From Ylistrum balloti (Eukaryota), in the NCBI RefSeq assembly GCF_031769215.1, contig NW_026782621.1:868001-932000 (forward strand): DNA of 64,000 nt, given 5' to 3'. The notes under the pieces are model-generated. The model saw only the letters and a list, made by a program, of their open reading frames with translations, was not told where the DNA came from and made no database searches. Positions within the stretch are counted from its first letter, which is position 1. Each line of letters opens with the position of its first letter. Both the position numbers and the translations under genes were made by a program. Below, one piece after another: positions 13,641 to 27,800 of this stretch.

Positions 13641-15007
13641 TGAACATGCACTCAGGTGCACTACTGAACATAAAATACAATAGGTGTGTCTATCAATGAG
13701 CATGTTGTTAGGTGGGAGTGTTCACTAACTAAATATGTGCTGAGCATGTCCACTGCTGAGATTTGTGGGTTGGGCATGACTAATTCTGAGCATGAATATG
13801 GATGTGTCCATTACATGAGCATGCTGTATGCTGAGCGATCAATATAGTCTGATGCTCATGTGTCCTGTTTGTTATCTGTTAGCATAATGACAAAGATGAG
13901 AGAGAAATATTTATATTTAATACTTATATGTCTTTTGACAACCTTTTCTGTGATTTAAAGATTAAAGAAAACAAAATAAAAACAAAGAATTCAAAAATGT
14001 TTGACATTTTCTGTTATTCATGATCGTGTGTTGAAATCGTCCTGGAAGTCTGAGTTGATTATAAGGTGGCATTATACAGTGATAAGTCACAAAGAAGATC
14101 TGTATCACTTACGTAGCAAAACATACCTCAATGCTATTACAGAGTCAATTATCAACCATTTTGTTGTCTGACTTTCAGAACCAGGCAGGGAGGAGACTTA
14201 GTCCATGCTGCCCCTTTGTTCAGGTGAAAGCTAATGAAATAGCATTAACAAATCAAATATGTAAAACACCTGGAATGTGGGCTTGGAATTTGTGTCAAGT
14301 CCCTGTGCTATCTCCGATGGTACTGATCCCTTGTCATGAGGTTGACATTTTCCTTTTTATTCTTTATAATCTTTTCTTTCGTAAGTTTCCCCATTCTCAG
14401 GAATCACTTCTGAGATTTTCTTCAAATACTTTCTGTCCCCGATGAACAAATTGTCGTAGATCGCTTTGTTTTCCTGTGAGCCCTGATACATACTAGTACC
14501 TTCACATTGTAAGATCGTGGCTAATATATGGAAATTTTGATGAGACTGAAAAACAGCATCAATATGTCGATGGCACCTGGAGTAAAATTGGACAAGAGGT
14601 TAAAATTTAAAATTAAAAATGGCGGCCATATTTGATTTCAGATCACCCCAAAAAATAATCTCACTTGGTCAGAACCATCTCGGGATTAATTCAGGCAAGT
14701 TTGCCGAGCTGAATCCAAATAATGACAGAGGTTTATTCTGTTTTTTTCATTTCATTTCTTTATTTTTTTAAACAAAAAATTAGATAAAGAAATATAATAT
14801 TGCATTCATATTACAAATAGAAGCCGTGTGTGTAATATAAAAGTTTTGAAGAGGTCGAATAATATTTTACTTGTGTTTGCTTTTAGCATTTATATTGCAG
14901 TGAACAACATGTAGGATAAACATTATCAAAATACAGCACACAAAGGTAATTGAAAGAAAATTAAGAAAATAACAGAAAAAAAAAATCATCGTTCGATCTT
15001 AAATTTA

Positions 15008-15010
15008 ATT

Positions 15011-15071
<61 letters not shown>

Positions 15072-15086
15072 ACTCTCTCTCTCTCT
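15008..15086. repeat. (CT)n microsatellite
   Basis: Direct reading. Confidence 0.97.
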
Positions 15087-16358
15087 TGTGTGTTAATTTA
15101 TTTAATGTACAGTTACTAGATTTTGCTTTCTTCATTTATCACCTTTTTTCAGACTTTGTACGTTTGCGTACAGAAAAGAAAATATAATCTCGAAAAAAGT
15201 GCGTAAGAGCGCTACCAAGGATCCAAATCCAAATCCACAAATGTTGAGTGCAAGAATTGGATATATATATTACAACCGTTTTGATTTTTATGTACAATAT
15301 AAGTCCGATAGCATTCGGACGAGATGAGAAGTAATTGTAGCTCTTTATTGAAGTCTTAATAGATCGGTTCTATAAATGTGTGGATTCTGCACTAGCTATG
15401 ACGCACTGATATAGGCAAGCTTACTTTCGAGATGGATGGTTTTATTACTAAAACAGTATTGTTATTTGCGACAATGCAACATCGTCGTATCATAAAACAT
15501 CGTTTTAAGATGGAGAATATTTCCATAAAAGACAGCGGACATATTCTATTTATAAAACAGAACAAAGTCAATATATTTTGTGTGCGATATCATTGTCTGA
15601 ATGCGTTTTATTCCATATGAATAATATACTTCTGTATCATAGCAGGGACGTAATATATAGGTCCCTGATCATAGTATATACTTTTCTTTAACGTATAAAT
15701 AATTTGGATACTTTACTCTCTCTAATTTTGTGTCAATTACATTTGTCAAAGTGTTTATTAATCCGTTGGAAATTAAGTTACCATACTTGATAGTCTGTGG
15801 CATACATTTTGTGATTTGTACAGTACATTGCTTTAGTTCACAATGAAATTGTCGAAATAATCGTATAGTAAACAATTTTGTAAGCCGAGATTCTTCTGTA
15901 ATTTTGTAATGAAAAATTGCGAAACTTGTTTTCATCTTTAGATAAATATTTTGATTTATTTCTAATGAAGAAACGTTAAAGTCACTGATCAGAGACTGCA
16001 TTTTAAATTTGTTTTATTAAGAAATCAATAAAGTAGTATTTTTTCTGAAATGTACAACAAGTCGTTCACCTGAAGCGGAAAAAAATCTTCGCATTTTGTT
16101 GCCCGTTTGCGCACCGAATTTTAGCTAATTTAATTATGTCCACTTATGCACGTACATAAGAGGACATATATATTAGCTAAAATTCTATGTACCATTTGTT
16201 TTGTCCGTACGACTTTCTATCTTAATTTTAACTCTTTATCTTGACTTTCATTTGAAAAATACCGGTGTGAACAGAGATGTACAAAACGTGTTATATACGT
16301 CTCTGGTGTGAAGAATTTCGGGGCGCCGCTAATTTGATTGTTACCTCCCTTTGCATAA

Positions 16359-18147
<1,789 letters not shown>

Positions 18148-20869
18148 ATAAATTATCTGTTTCTAGCTGTTTCTCTTTGGGGCTATTTTTATAATGTAAA
18201 AGTAGTTCAGTCTAAAAATTTCCTTCATATGACTTTATGATGGAGTAATTATGTCTCTTATTCTTTTAATACAATCTTGTCAGGGCCATAACATAGTTGG
18301 ACCGTTAAGAGATATCTTGAGAAAATTTGAAACAATAAAATTACAAACTGCATCAAATATAAGCAAGGTCAAACATTTCTGATACATTCTTTTCCAGGCA
18401 ATGACTTTTGAAATGTCAGATATATTTACCAAATTATCTATAAATCATCCTTAGTCATAGTGCAGTGCACTTGTATCATGGCAGTGATCTTCATCTCAAG
18501 ATTAAAGAATACATTTTAATTACACTGTTTTCAGTCAATACATATGAACATTGACCCAATTAAATGTTGAAACATATATGTTCATTACACTGTATTTAAG
18601 TTACAGTGACCTTCAGGTGTGGGCAGTGTTTACTGAAATGAGGAGTTTACAAACTGTTTTTTCTGATGAATACTTTGTTATGACATTGTGAAGCAAAACT
18701 GACAGCCTGATCACGTGTCATTGTATCAGAGGTCAAGGTCAAATTTCAAATCTTTTATTGGTAAATCATTTGTTATATTTTCAACAAGTAAAGTCAATCA
18801 AAAACAATTGACAAGTCATTTGACTCATAGGAAAGGTGGAACTTCTTCACTTACAAGTCACTTTTTTTAAAGGTTAAATTTTTTTTTTTTTTTTTTGGAC
18901 TGATGAATATTTTGTTTCAACATGTTAAAAAAAGCAAGTCCATGAATCAATGTCAGAGGTCATGGTACATGCTAAATTTTCGTTCTATAAACTGGTAAAT
19001 TATTTGTTGATGTAGAAGTCTGTGATATAGGTACACTGAATCAATGATTATTGGAGTGTAAAATGATGAAATCCATCACATAATCATAAATTATGAGTCA
19101 AATATTAAGGTCTGGTATTGATTCACTAGTAACTATTTCATAATGAACAAGAAAGAAGACAACTAAGGGAAGACATGTTTTTGAGTATGTCTTTGTAAAA
19201 ACATTTTTTTGCTTAAAAATGTTTCTAGAATTGTAACACAATTTAAACACGAATGATATTCTGTCCCACATATTTAATTTTCATTATAATCATTGTGAAG
19301 AACAAAATAACAACATACAACAAATAGGCCTTGGGCCACCTTTACAAAGATGTATCATAAACAACAAAATATAAAAAGCACTGCCAATTCTGTTTCCAAT
19401 AACATCTTGGTATAGAGAAGAATGCAAACTGAAACCAATTGTGACTGGACACATCACATCAGCAGAGAAAACTGACTACATATTGAGTTTTGTCAACAAC
19501 ACAAAAGTTTATATATAAATCTTTTCCCCTGATACTGGACTTTTACTCATCTGAATATAATTGAAACAGCAGTTTAGATGTGTCAGTCACCTGGTACCAG
19601 CTGTAACCTTCATAATGATGTGTACAAGAAGCTGTATATCTTTTGATAAGAATTTCTATCTTAATTTTTACATGAAATATTACAATATTTTATTTGTTAA
19701 AAGTGTAATTTTCCAGAGTCCAAATTATTCTGATGATGTACCAATTTTTTTTATGTTGGTCGGGCATCGGCATCAAACTGATACAAAAAAGTTGATAGAT
19801 TGTCAAATAATTTGAATAAATTATAAAGTAAATCATTATCTAAAATACAGTTTGTTTAATGTAACTGATATTATCAAAATGGTAAATGGAAACTTGGAAA
19901 CATTTTGGTAAAATTGCAAGAGTCTTGATAATGCAGCTGATATAATGGGATTCTTTATAAGAAAAGCAATTCAAAGTTTTGAAAAATGTGGCCCAGCTTT
20001 TTAAAAATTTCAAATGTATATAATTAAAACATGTACAAAAACTATCAACAGCAGACTCTGTTGCTAATCTGCCAGCTGTCAACAAACTTTATAATGTATA
20101 ATCATTTAAATGACGGATGTGTAACCACAGGTACCTAACATTAAAATAACACATAATTACACAAAATGAAGCATGCTCGAGATACAATCACAGATGCAAG
20201 ACATGTTAAAGGAATATTTGAGCAGGATAATGGACATGGAAACCTTTTAAAACAAAACCAGCATTCTCTAGTCAAATTATATCTACCTGCTCCAGAGTTT
20301 CTTCAAAATTCTACATACAAACATGGCCATCATACCGTACATGTTGAAGAGATCAAAACAAAATGGCTTATTTCCATGTTTTTGCAAAATTTCAGCATTA
20401 TGCAAACTAAAATTCTCCTGTAGTACTAACTGAAATTATAAGATAATTTTCTTTCCTTGTGTATGCACATGATGACCAAGAATACTTGGCGTAGATAACA
20501 ATTCACTTTATCAGTGTGTTTAAGAAATACTGCAATGTGTTTAAAATATAACATGGACTATATCCACTGTCTTCCTAAAAGAACTAAAATTCCTTTTTAA
20601 AAGGCAAGACTATATCACTGAAGTAAAACAAGAGATAAATAAATAGGACTAGAACAAAGACTACACGTAATTAACTTAACTAAAAAAGATAAAGCAGCAC
20701 CAATCTATTAAGACTTGTACAAATAAACAGTTACTGTAGTTGCATAAGAAGTGGTATCATCCTTTAACAATTTGAATTCAGATTACTTTTCTTTGTGTGA
20801 AATTTCTCTCAGTTGCTGAAATCAAGAAAGAAAATTAAATTTTATACCCTAGCTGAAATACTGGCCTGT

Positions 20870-21121
20870 GAACAACCAGCATTATTTGGAGGTGGGGTCT
20901 TCCTGTAGCAGCTGGTGGCTACTTGAAAGATCTCAATAGGGGAGGCACACCACACGCTATCAAAAGCTTTAAGAGTAAAGTATCTAGCTGAAGGACACAG
21001 CCATGGCAACAAAGAGTGGTTAGTGACCTCAGCTATCTGAGAAACACAAACTACCCAGCAGCAGGGACTGAAACACATCCAAGGGGTGTAAAGTCTTCCC
21101 AATTGAGCTACCACAGCCCCC
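20870..21121 (-). mobile_element. tRNA-derived SINE remnant with CORE/V-like central box
   Basis: The - strand reads GGGGGCTGTGGTAGCTCAATTGG (A-box-like) ... GTTTCAGTCCC (degenerate B-box) ... CCATGGCTGTGTCCTTCAGCTAGATACTTTAC. The last part resembles the GTGTCCTTGGGCAAGACACTT core of CORE/V SINEs. The left boundary is approximate. Confidence 0.5.
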
Positions 21122-23059
21122 TTGTTGGAAAGAAATGATACATGCTGGATATCTTTGCTGTTTTACTCAAACACTTATTTCAAAACTAATCCACCATTGA
21201 AAATTTTAAAAATGAAACAGTTTCAATAAAATCAGTTAAAAATCACAGTATTTGCAATTCTGATTAAATATATCAGGTGAATTTAACACAAAGCATAAAT
21301 GATTAAAGCTGATGACTTCAGTGCTAAAATAAACAAAAAATATGGTGACTTTTCAAGCAAATTTTTAAGTAAAAAAACTGTTCATTTGTAAATGAATATT
21401 ATAACCAAATTTCTGAGTGAACATATAAAAACAACAATTTGTGCTTGAAACCATGCAATGTAGACAATATAATTGTAAAATTAGCTATACCTTTTACAGG
21501 TACCATACATATACTTTTATGAGAATTGAAATTCCTTGCAAAATTATTAACAGATTACATTTTGAAGTTGATAAATTGTAACAAAGCATTGTAAACAAAA
21601 TTAACAACCAGATGAAAAGTCTTTCCAAGTGTACAGTACAATACTGACTGAACTTGGATGAATCAAACTGTTTCTTTACATCAATTCTCAGTTAAGTTCA
21701 CGTATTGTTGGTACAATAGGATATCATCTAGTTAAACATTAAACAGCACTAAAGAAAGATTGCATGAAGAGATGGGCGCAGAGCTCCCTGAATGGCCAAC
21801 TTCTATCTGTTTATTTCCATAGATAAGATCAGAAAAGGTAAAATTACCATAAATGGCACACTTTATCTGCAGATTTTCATATTAATATTCATCCATGTGA
21901 AGTTACAAGTAAACCACATTGTATTCATGTATTGTAGTACCAACATCTGTACGAAAACTATTTGATTTGTTATCTTAACTCATCATCGTAACTATTTCCT
22001 GAAAAACTGTTTGCAATGAATAATGATGTATAAACAACAAGCAACATCGATCATTGTTGGTCACTTATATGTAGGAATGTCAAAAATTCAACCCAGCAAT
22101 TACACCACTTGACTAGACAGGTTTAAAACCAATGAAAGCATGATAATACATTTTCAAATGTACCTTTACATGTTTAATACCTGGACAAATTAAGAAAGGA
22201 AATCAGTGGCCTAGCAATCAGAAATTCTACAATAGTTATTACTCAAAATTTCTTTCATTTTTAAGCTGGCTCCATGAGTAAAATGAAAAAAACAAAGCAA
22301 ACATGGAATGTGGTGTTTGTAAAGAAATTAACTTCAAAAGATATACAATTATTTACATCACAACTTATACTGATAATTATTCACAACTCTGATTACAACT
22401 GAATGATGAGAATAGTTACAACCCCTTCCATTGTAGGAATCAATCCTTTTTATATATTTCATTATAAAAAATCATTTTCTGGTCATAATTTGGCAATACA
22501 TGAACAATAAATTTAAACTCAATGCAAGGATTTCTCGGTACACAACCACATCTGTACCATGATATTATCTGATATGAAATTCTATTACTTGATAATATAC
22601 ACAGGGGATATAGTAAAATCATGTTATAACCTACCATTGCTACATAATAATAAATCTCCAGAAAGATATAGGAAAACAGACATTCTGAAGCCACCTTCTG
22701 AACTTTAAAAGAGAAAAAAAATTGGAGACTAGATGTAATTTTATGTAACATGAAACTGCTGTGTTAGCACTATTCATGGATAAAACAACTACATGATCTA
22801 ATAAATTGTAAAAATTTAAAATGTGTTGATACATATAGAAAATATCTCTTGATGACTTTATAGATCAGCAGATGATATTTTGTACCAGAAAATTATGTAT
22901 CTTGAGCAAACTTTACCTGAAGAAACCACATACAGTCATGGTAATATGTCATTACATGAAATATGAAAAATATCTTTTTTTTTGAATCAATGAACACATA
23001 TTCCTACATTTCTCCATCATTTAAATTGTTAAAACAAAAAAGAAAAAAAATTCTGATCA

Positions 23060-23575
23060 GAAACAAAAGGCCCAAGAGGTTTGTATAGCTCACCTGGTCT
23101 TAAAGCCCAGCAATGGTATACATGTCTATAGGTTAGGTATTTCAAATATTTCCACATTACAGCTCAGTCCCTTAACCTCTTTAGTAGGGCAAGACCAATG
23201 GGTAAATTCTTATATCATGACTGTCTTTCTCTTTGATGCCCATTAAGAGTTTATATAGTTATCAGGTTGGGATCCCAACTGTTTCAAAAATCTGACCCAG
23301 AAATTAAGTCCATAGAGGTGTGCCACACCCAAGACTCAATTTTCACATCATGAATGTGTTTATCTCTTGATAATAAGAAATTCTCTTTATTATAGAGTTA
23401 CTGGGTGAGAATTTCAACTGTTTCAAAGCCATAACCCAGAAATTCTGCCCAGAAAGGTGGGTTTACACCCAGTTCTTACATCATGAATGTGATTAGCTCT
23501 TGATGCCCAGCATTGCTATAAATGTATATGGTTAAGGAGTGGGGATCTCAGCTGTTTCAAAGATATAACAAGGAA
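23060..23575. mobile_element. Probable non-autonomous Helitron/Helentron-type element with ~135-bp degenerate internal repeats
   Basis: Starts aaacaaaaggcccaagagg...gctcacctg, resembling a terminal motif I recall from abundant bivalve helentron-like repeats. It is followed by three diverged units containing atcatga...ctcttgat...aactgtttcaaa...acccagaaatt. Confidence 0.4.
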
Positions 23576-23582
23576 ACTAAGT

Positions 23583-24310
23583 CCCTTCCCCTGATCCCCA
23601 ACCTACACATCACCTTTCCCCTGACTCCAAACCCACAAATCACACTTCCCCTGACCCACAACCCACACATCACCCTTCCCTTTCCCTAACCCCCAACCCA
23701 CACATCACCTATCCCCTGATCCCCAACCCAAAATTTGCCCTTTCCCTGACCCCCAACCCACCCATCACCTATTCCCTGACCCCCAACCCACCCACCACCT
23801 ATCCCCAGATCCCCTACCCACACATCACCTATCTCCTGACCCCCAACCCACACATCACCCTTCCCTTCCCCTGACCCTAACCCACACATCATTCTTCCCT
23901 TCCCCTGACCCTAACCCACACATCACCCTTCCCCTGACCCCCAACCCACACATCACCTATCCCCTGATCCCCAACCCAAAATTTGCCCTTCCCCTGACCC
24001 CCAACATAAACATTGCCTTTTCTCTGACCGCCAACTTATACTTTTCCCTTCCCCTGACCCCCCAACTCATACAATCATCCATCATGTAACCCTCAACCTA
24101 CACACCTCTCTTCACCTTACCCCTAACCCAAAGATCACCCTCCCCTTGACCTCCAACCTACACAACCCCTAACCCACACATCCTTCTTCTCCAATCCCAT
24201 ATTCATATATTCATCCTTCCCTTGACACCATATACACACAATGCCTTTTACCTTACCTCCAACACAACCATTCTCCTTCCTTTCACCCCACTCCCCACCC
24301 CAACCTACAC
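23583..24310. repeat. C-rich degenerate minisatellite (~28-33 bp; G-tract rich on the - strand)
   Basis: Units like cccaacccacacatcacctatcccctga(c). Confidence 0.9.
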
Positions 24311-24843
24311 CCATCATATAAAGAGAGGCACAATTGTATACAAATTACAAATGTGAAGACCTGCTTTATCATTACATGATGTACATTATAAACAGAAATT
24401 TGTAAATTGAAATACATAATAGTGCAAGTGTACTATAACGCTTTCTTTTTCTTGTGTAAACAACCGAAATAATTCATATGTTGAACATTTGATAAAAAAA
24501 CATCTTGGATTAATATTTCTAAAATGATTTGACTCCTAGAAACAATGCTAGATTGAAATATACAAGATTATCAGATATTGGTAATGAAAAAAAAACATTT
24601 AAATCTTTGTAAAAAATAACCTACATATGTGTATCCATATAACACAGGTTTACTGGTATATAAGTAAAATACTTTCTGATATGCCTCCGATAATTAAGAC
24701 AATATTCCTGTCTAAATGTTCCAGTTTGCATTACATTATTAAGGCAAGATATGGGAAAATATGAACATTTTATATCAATGCTAAAACAGACTTAACCAAA
24801 ATAGTAATACCCAAGATACTTTTACAGCATGTTTTGTAGCTAG

Positions 24844-27800
24844 TCAGGAGTTGACAGCACAGGCAGCAGAACACAGTTGAGAGAGGAATGGGATGTGGTC
24901 TTGTGCGATCTGTTGAAAGTGTAATGAGGACCGATACAGGTCCAGAAAGACAATACCGCATGAGGTACATGTCTTCTTCTCTCCAACAGTTTCTGCAAAA
25001 TTAAAAATGATCATAGATTTATAACACTTGTTCCTTGTAATAATTGTGAAATTCTCCTTTTGTTGCATGTTGAAATTTCTTGTACATTTTTGGGAACATT
25101 AGAAGAAAATTTAAAACAAGAAAACATACACACAACAGGCTTACCAATGAAAGAAATAGAATGTTCTTAGTAAAAATGATGCTTTAACTATATAGAACCA
25201 GCTACAGTATTACATTAGGTCCCATCTTCCACTTCTGATAATAAATGTGAAATTTTCAAATATTTTTCACTGAGAATGTGATCCAAACAAAAAATCAGAC
25301 CTTAGAATGAGGAACTGACATGGCTATCATTCACAAAAGGAATGAAAATTACAGCAAAGTTGATGGAAAATTTGAGAAAGCTGTGTAACAAAGGAAAAAT
25401 ATGGAAACTGTCACTAAAAAGTAATCAATTCAGTGTAATGAGGGGTGGGCTTATTAACCAGCAGAGGGGCTTAAGTTCATGTAACAACTATCCTACCTTG
25501 TAGAATGAGTGGTAATGCTTTTAGGTCAAATTGGAGATCGTCTCCAGAAACTACAGTCCTGAAAGCAAGCTCAAAAAGGGCAGGAACATTCCCAGTCTCA
25601 TATGGACCTTGGGTCAGAGACTGGACATCAGAATGGTCGGCTTCTGTTAGGAATGGATTTTCTGAAACTGAAAATGAAACTGTGCAAAAACTGAAGTAAC
25701 AAAAAATACTTCAAGACCAGTTGTCAACTAAATGTAAAACAGTGCAAGTATGTATCCGATACTTACTATCACAAATACGGAGATGATTGATATGTAATGT
25801 AGCTGGTAGGTACTGTAGACAGTTATGTGACACATTCAACTCCCTCAGGTTTCCTACTTGACCAACTTCAACAGGAATCAATTTTAACCTAAAAGTAAAC
25901 AAATATTTCAGGCAAACATCATTTCATGGTACACTTACAACTTGTCTTATATATCAAGGTCAATCTCTTTCTATTTAAATGAAAGACATATCCCAAACTG
26001 CCATCTTATACTTTCCATATACATTATATCTGGCAATGATGATAAAATTTTGTTGTCTAATGAGATTCTCTCTCTCTTGCCCAAATATCTCTTGAAACAT
26101 CAATATGTGTTTCACGTGACAAAATGTTATTGGGTCTGTAGATATAACCTATCTGAACTCGTTTTTGGAACACATTCTCTATGTATATCAATTTATATTT
26201 AATCTAACTCTGAATGAAAAATTCTATTGAAAGTAATTCTATCACAGGTTCATATTCAGATTAACAGAGGGGATATGAGAAATGATATGGAAAGATCTGG
26301 TGATTCTCTGTGTTGAATAATATTAAACAAGTAATATGTATTTTACTTATCTCCACACAAATTGTTAGTTTTGGGCATTCATGCTTGAACATGGGACATG
26401 GCCAAGGAACATTTGAAATAATGAGTGCAATGTGTCTTTCAAATACATACCTGTTTCTAGACAGATTAATGGTCCGAAGACTTGGACATAGACACAAGGA
26501 CACAGGGAATGTATCGAGATTACAGGATGCAGCAATGAACTCCTCCAACCTCAGGAGACCTCCGAGAGAATTCGGGACGCTGTTCAGACAGTTATCACTT
26601 ACATCTAGTCTCTAAAGGAAACATGATGGAGGATAATTCAGTACATGGTTTGGTATTAACAACATAAAAGTAAAGGGTATTATTAAGGAAAAATTACTTG
26701 TATTAAATAAAGATGCATTTATGTAAATTTTTCCTGATCAAGGGAAGGAAGTAGTCATACATCTATGTGACGTTCTTTGAGCAACTGCAAATCTCTTATG
26801 TTTTGTTTTGTTGGTATAGTAATTTTTATGAAAACTGCAAAATGATTTTATTGAACAAAATTTATATATGAAATTTACAAGCTGTGATTAACTAATAACA
26901 TATAAGAATGAAAGACAACGATGTTTCTATATTGATGTCATACAAAAAAATAACAATTAATCCTCAAAATCCACAAAAATTTGACATTTATCATGACACT
27001 TCTGTTTCAATTAAATATTGTCATGGGATCATGAGATATCTCTTTAACCAGATGTGAAAGTAATGAAGTGACCTTTTACTCTTTCATCACTGGAAAGTGT
27101 AAGTACAGCTTGAACCAAACTTGGCATATCAGTTAAAGTTATCATGTACAACAAGATTTTTAGCGTGAACACACATCCATAACAAACAAAACTTTAACTT
27201 TAATTCCTTCATAATTCCCCTTTAAGTAGATAGATACCAAGAGAAATTAGACAAAATGTTTCTCATGTTTATCTGGCTAGTAGGATACCCTTATCAGACA
27301 CAAAATGTAAACCACTACAAACCTGTAATGACTTCAATTGACAGATTTTATCTGGAATGCTTGTAAATTTATTGTGTCTGAAAAAAAGAGATGTTGTCTT
27401 GTAACTTAATTTTAACTACATTATGCATTAGCAAACATAATCTTTACATTACTGAAGTTATTTCATGAAATTTCAGAAAAATATTGTATTGCTTAAAAGC
27501 TTCTTCAAAGAAAGAACTTGCCCTTAATTCTGAAAGGTAAATACGAATGCTGGTGAGACATTACAATTTACTAAGAATTATTTAGAGAAACTACAAAGGT
27601 AACAGAGGTCATTGTTATTTATTTCACTACGTTTGCTAGGGTTCGAGCTTCAGACTTTAGCTTACTAGTCTTGCACTCAACTAATCAAATTAAAGAGAAG
27701 TTCTTCTCAGTTGAGTGGTATATTGCAACAAGTATTTGCCACACAGTAAATCAACACATTAATGCTGAAGACAAATTTTGTTTATCTAATGCTGTGAACT

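Noticed and set aside
16070-16094. Possible head-to-head first exon (MRRFFSAS|GT) divergent from TRMT61A
   Set aside because: No convincing downstream - strand coding exons could be linked between 9.7 and 16 kb.
23686-24317. Gly/Trp-rich ORFs
   Set aside because: They are translations of the G-rich minisatellite.
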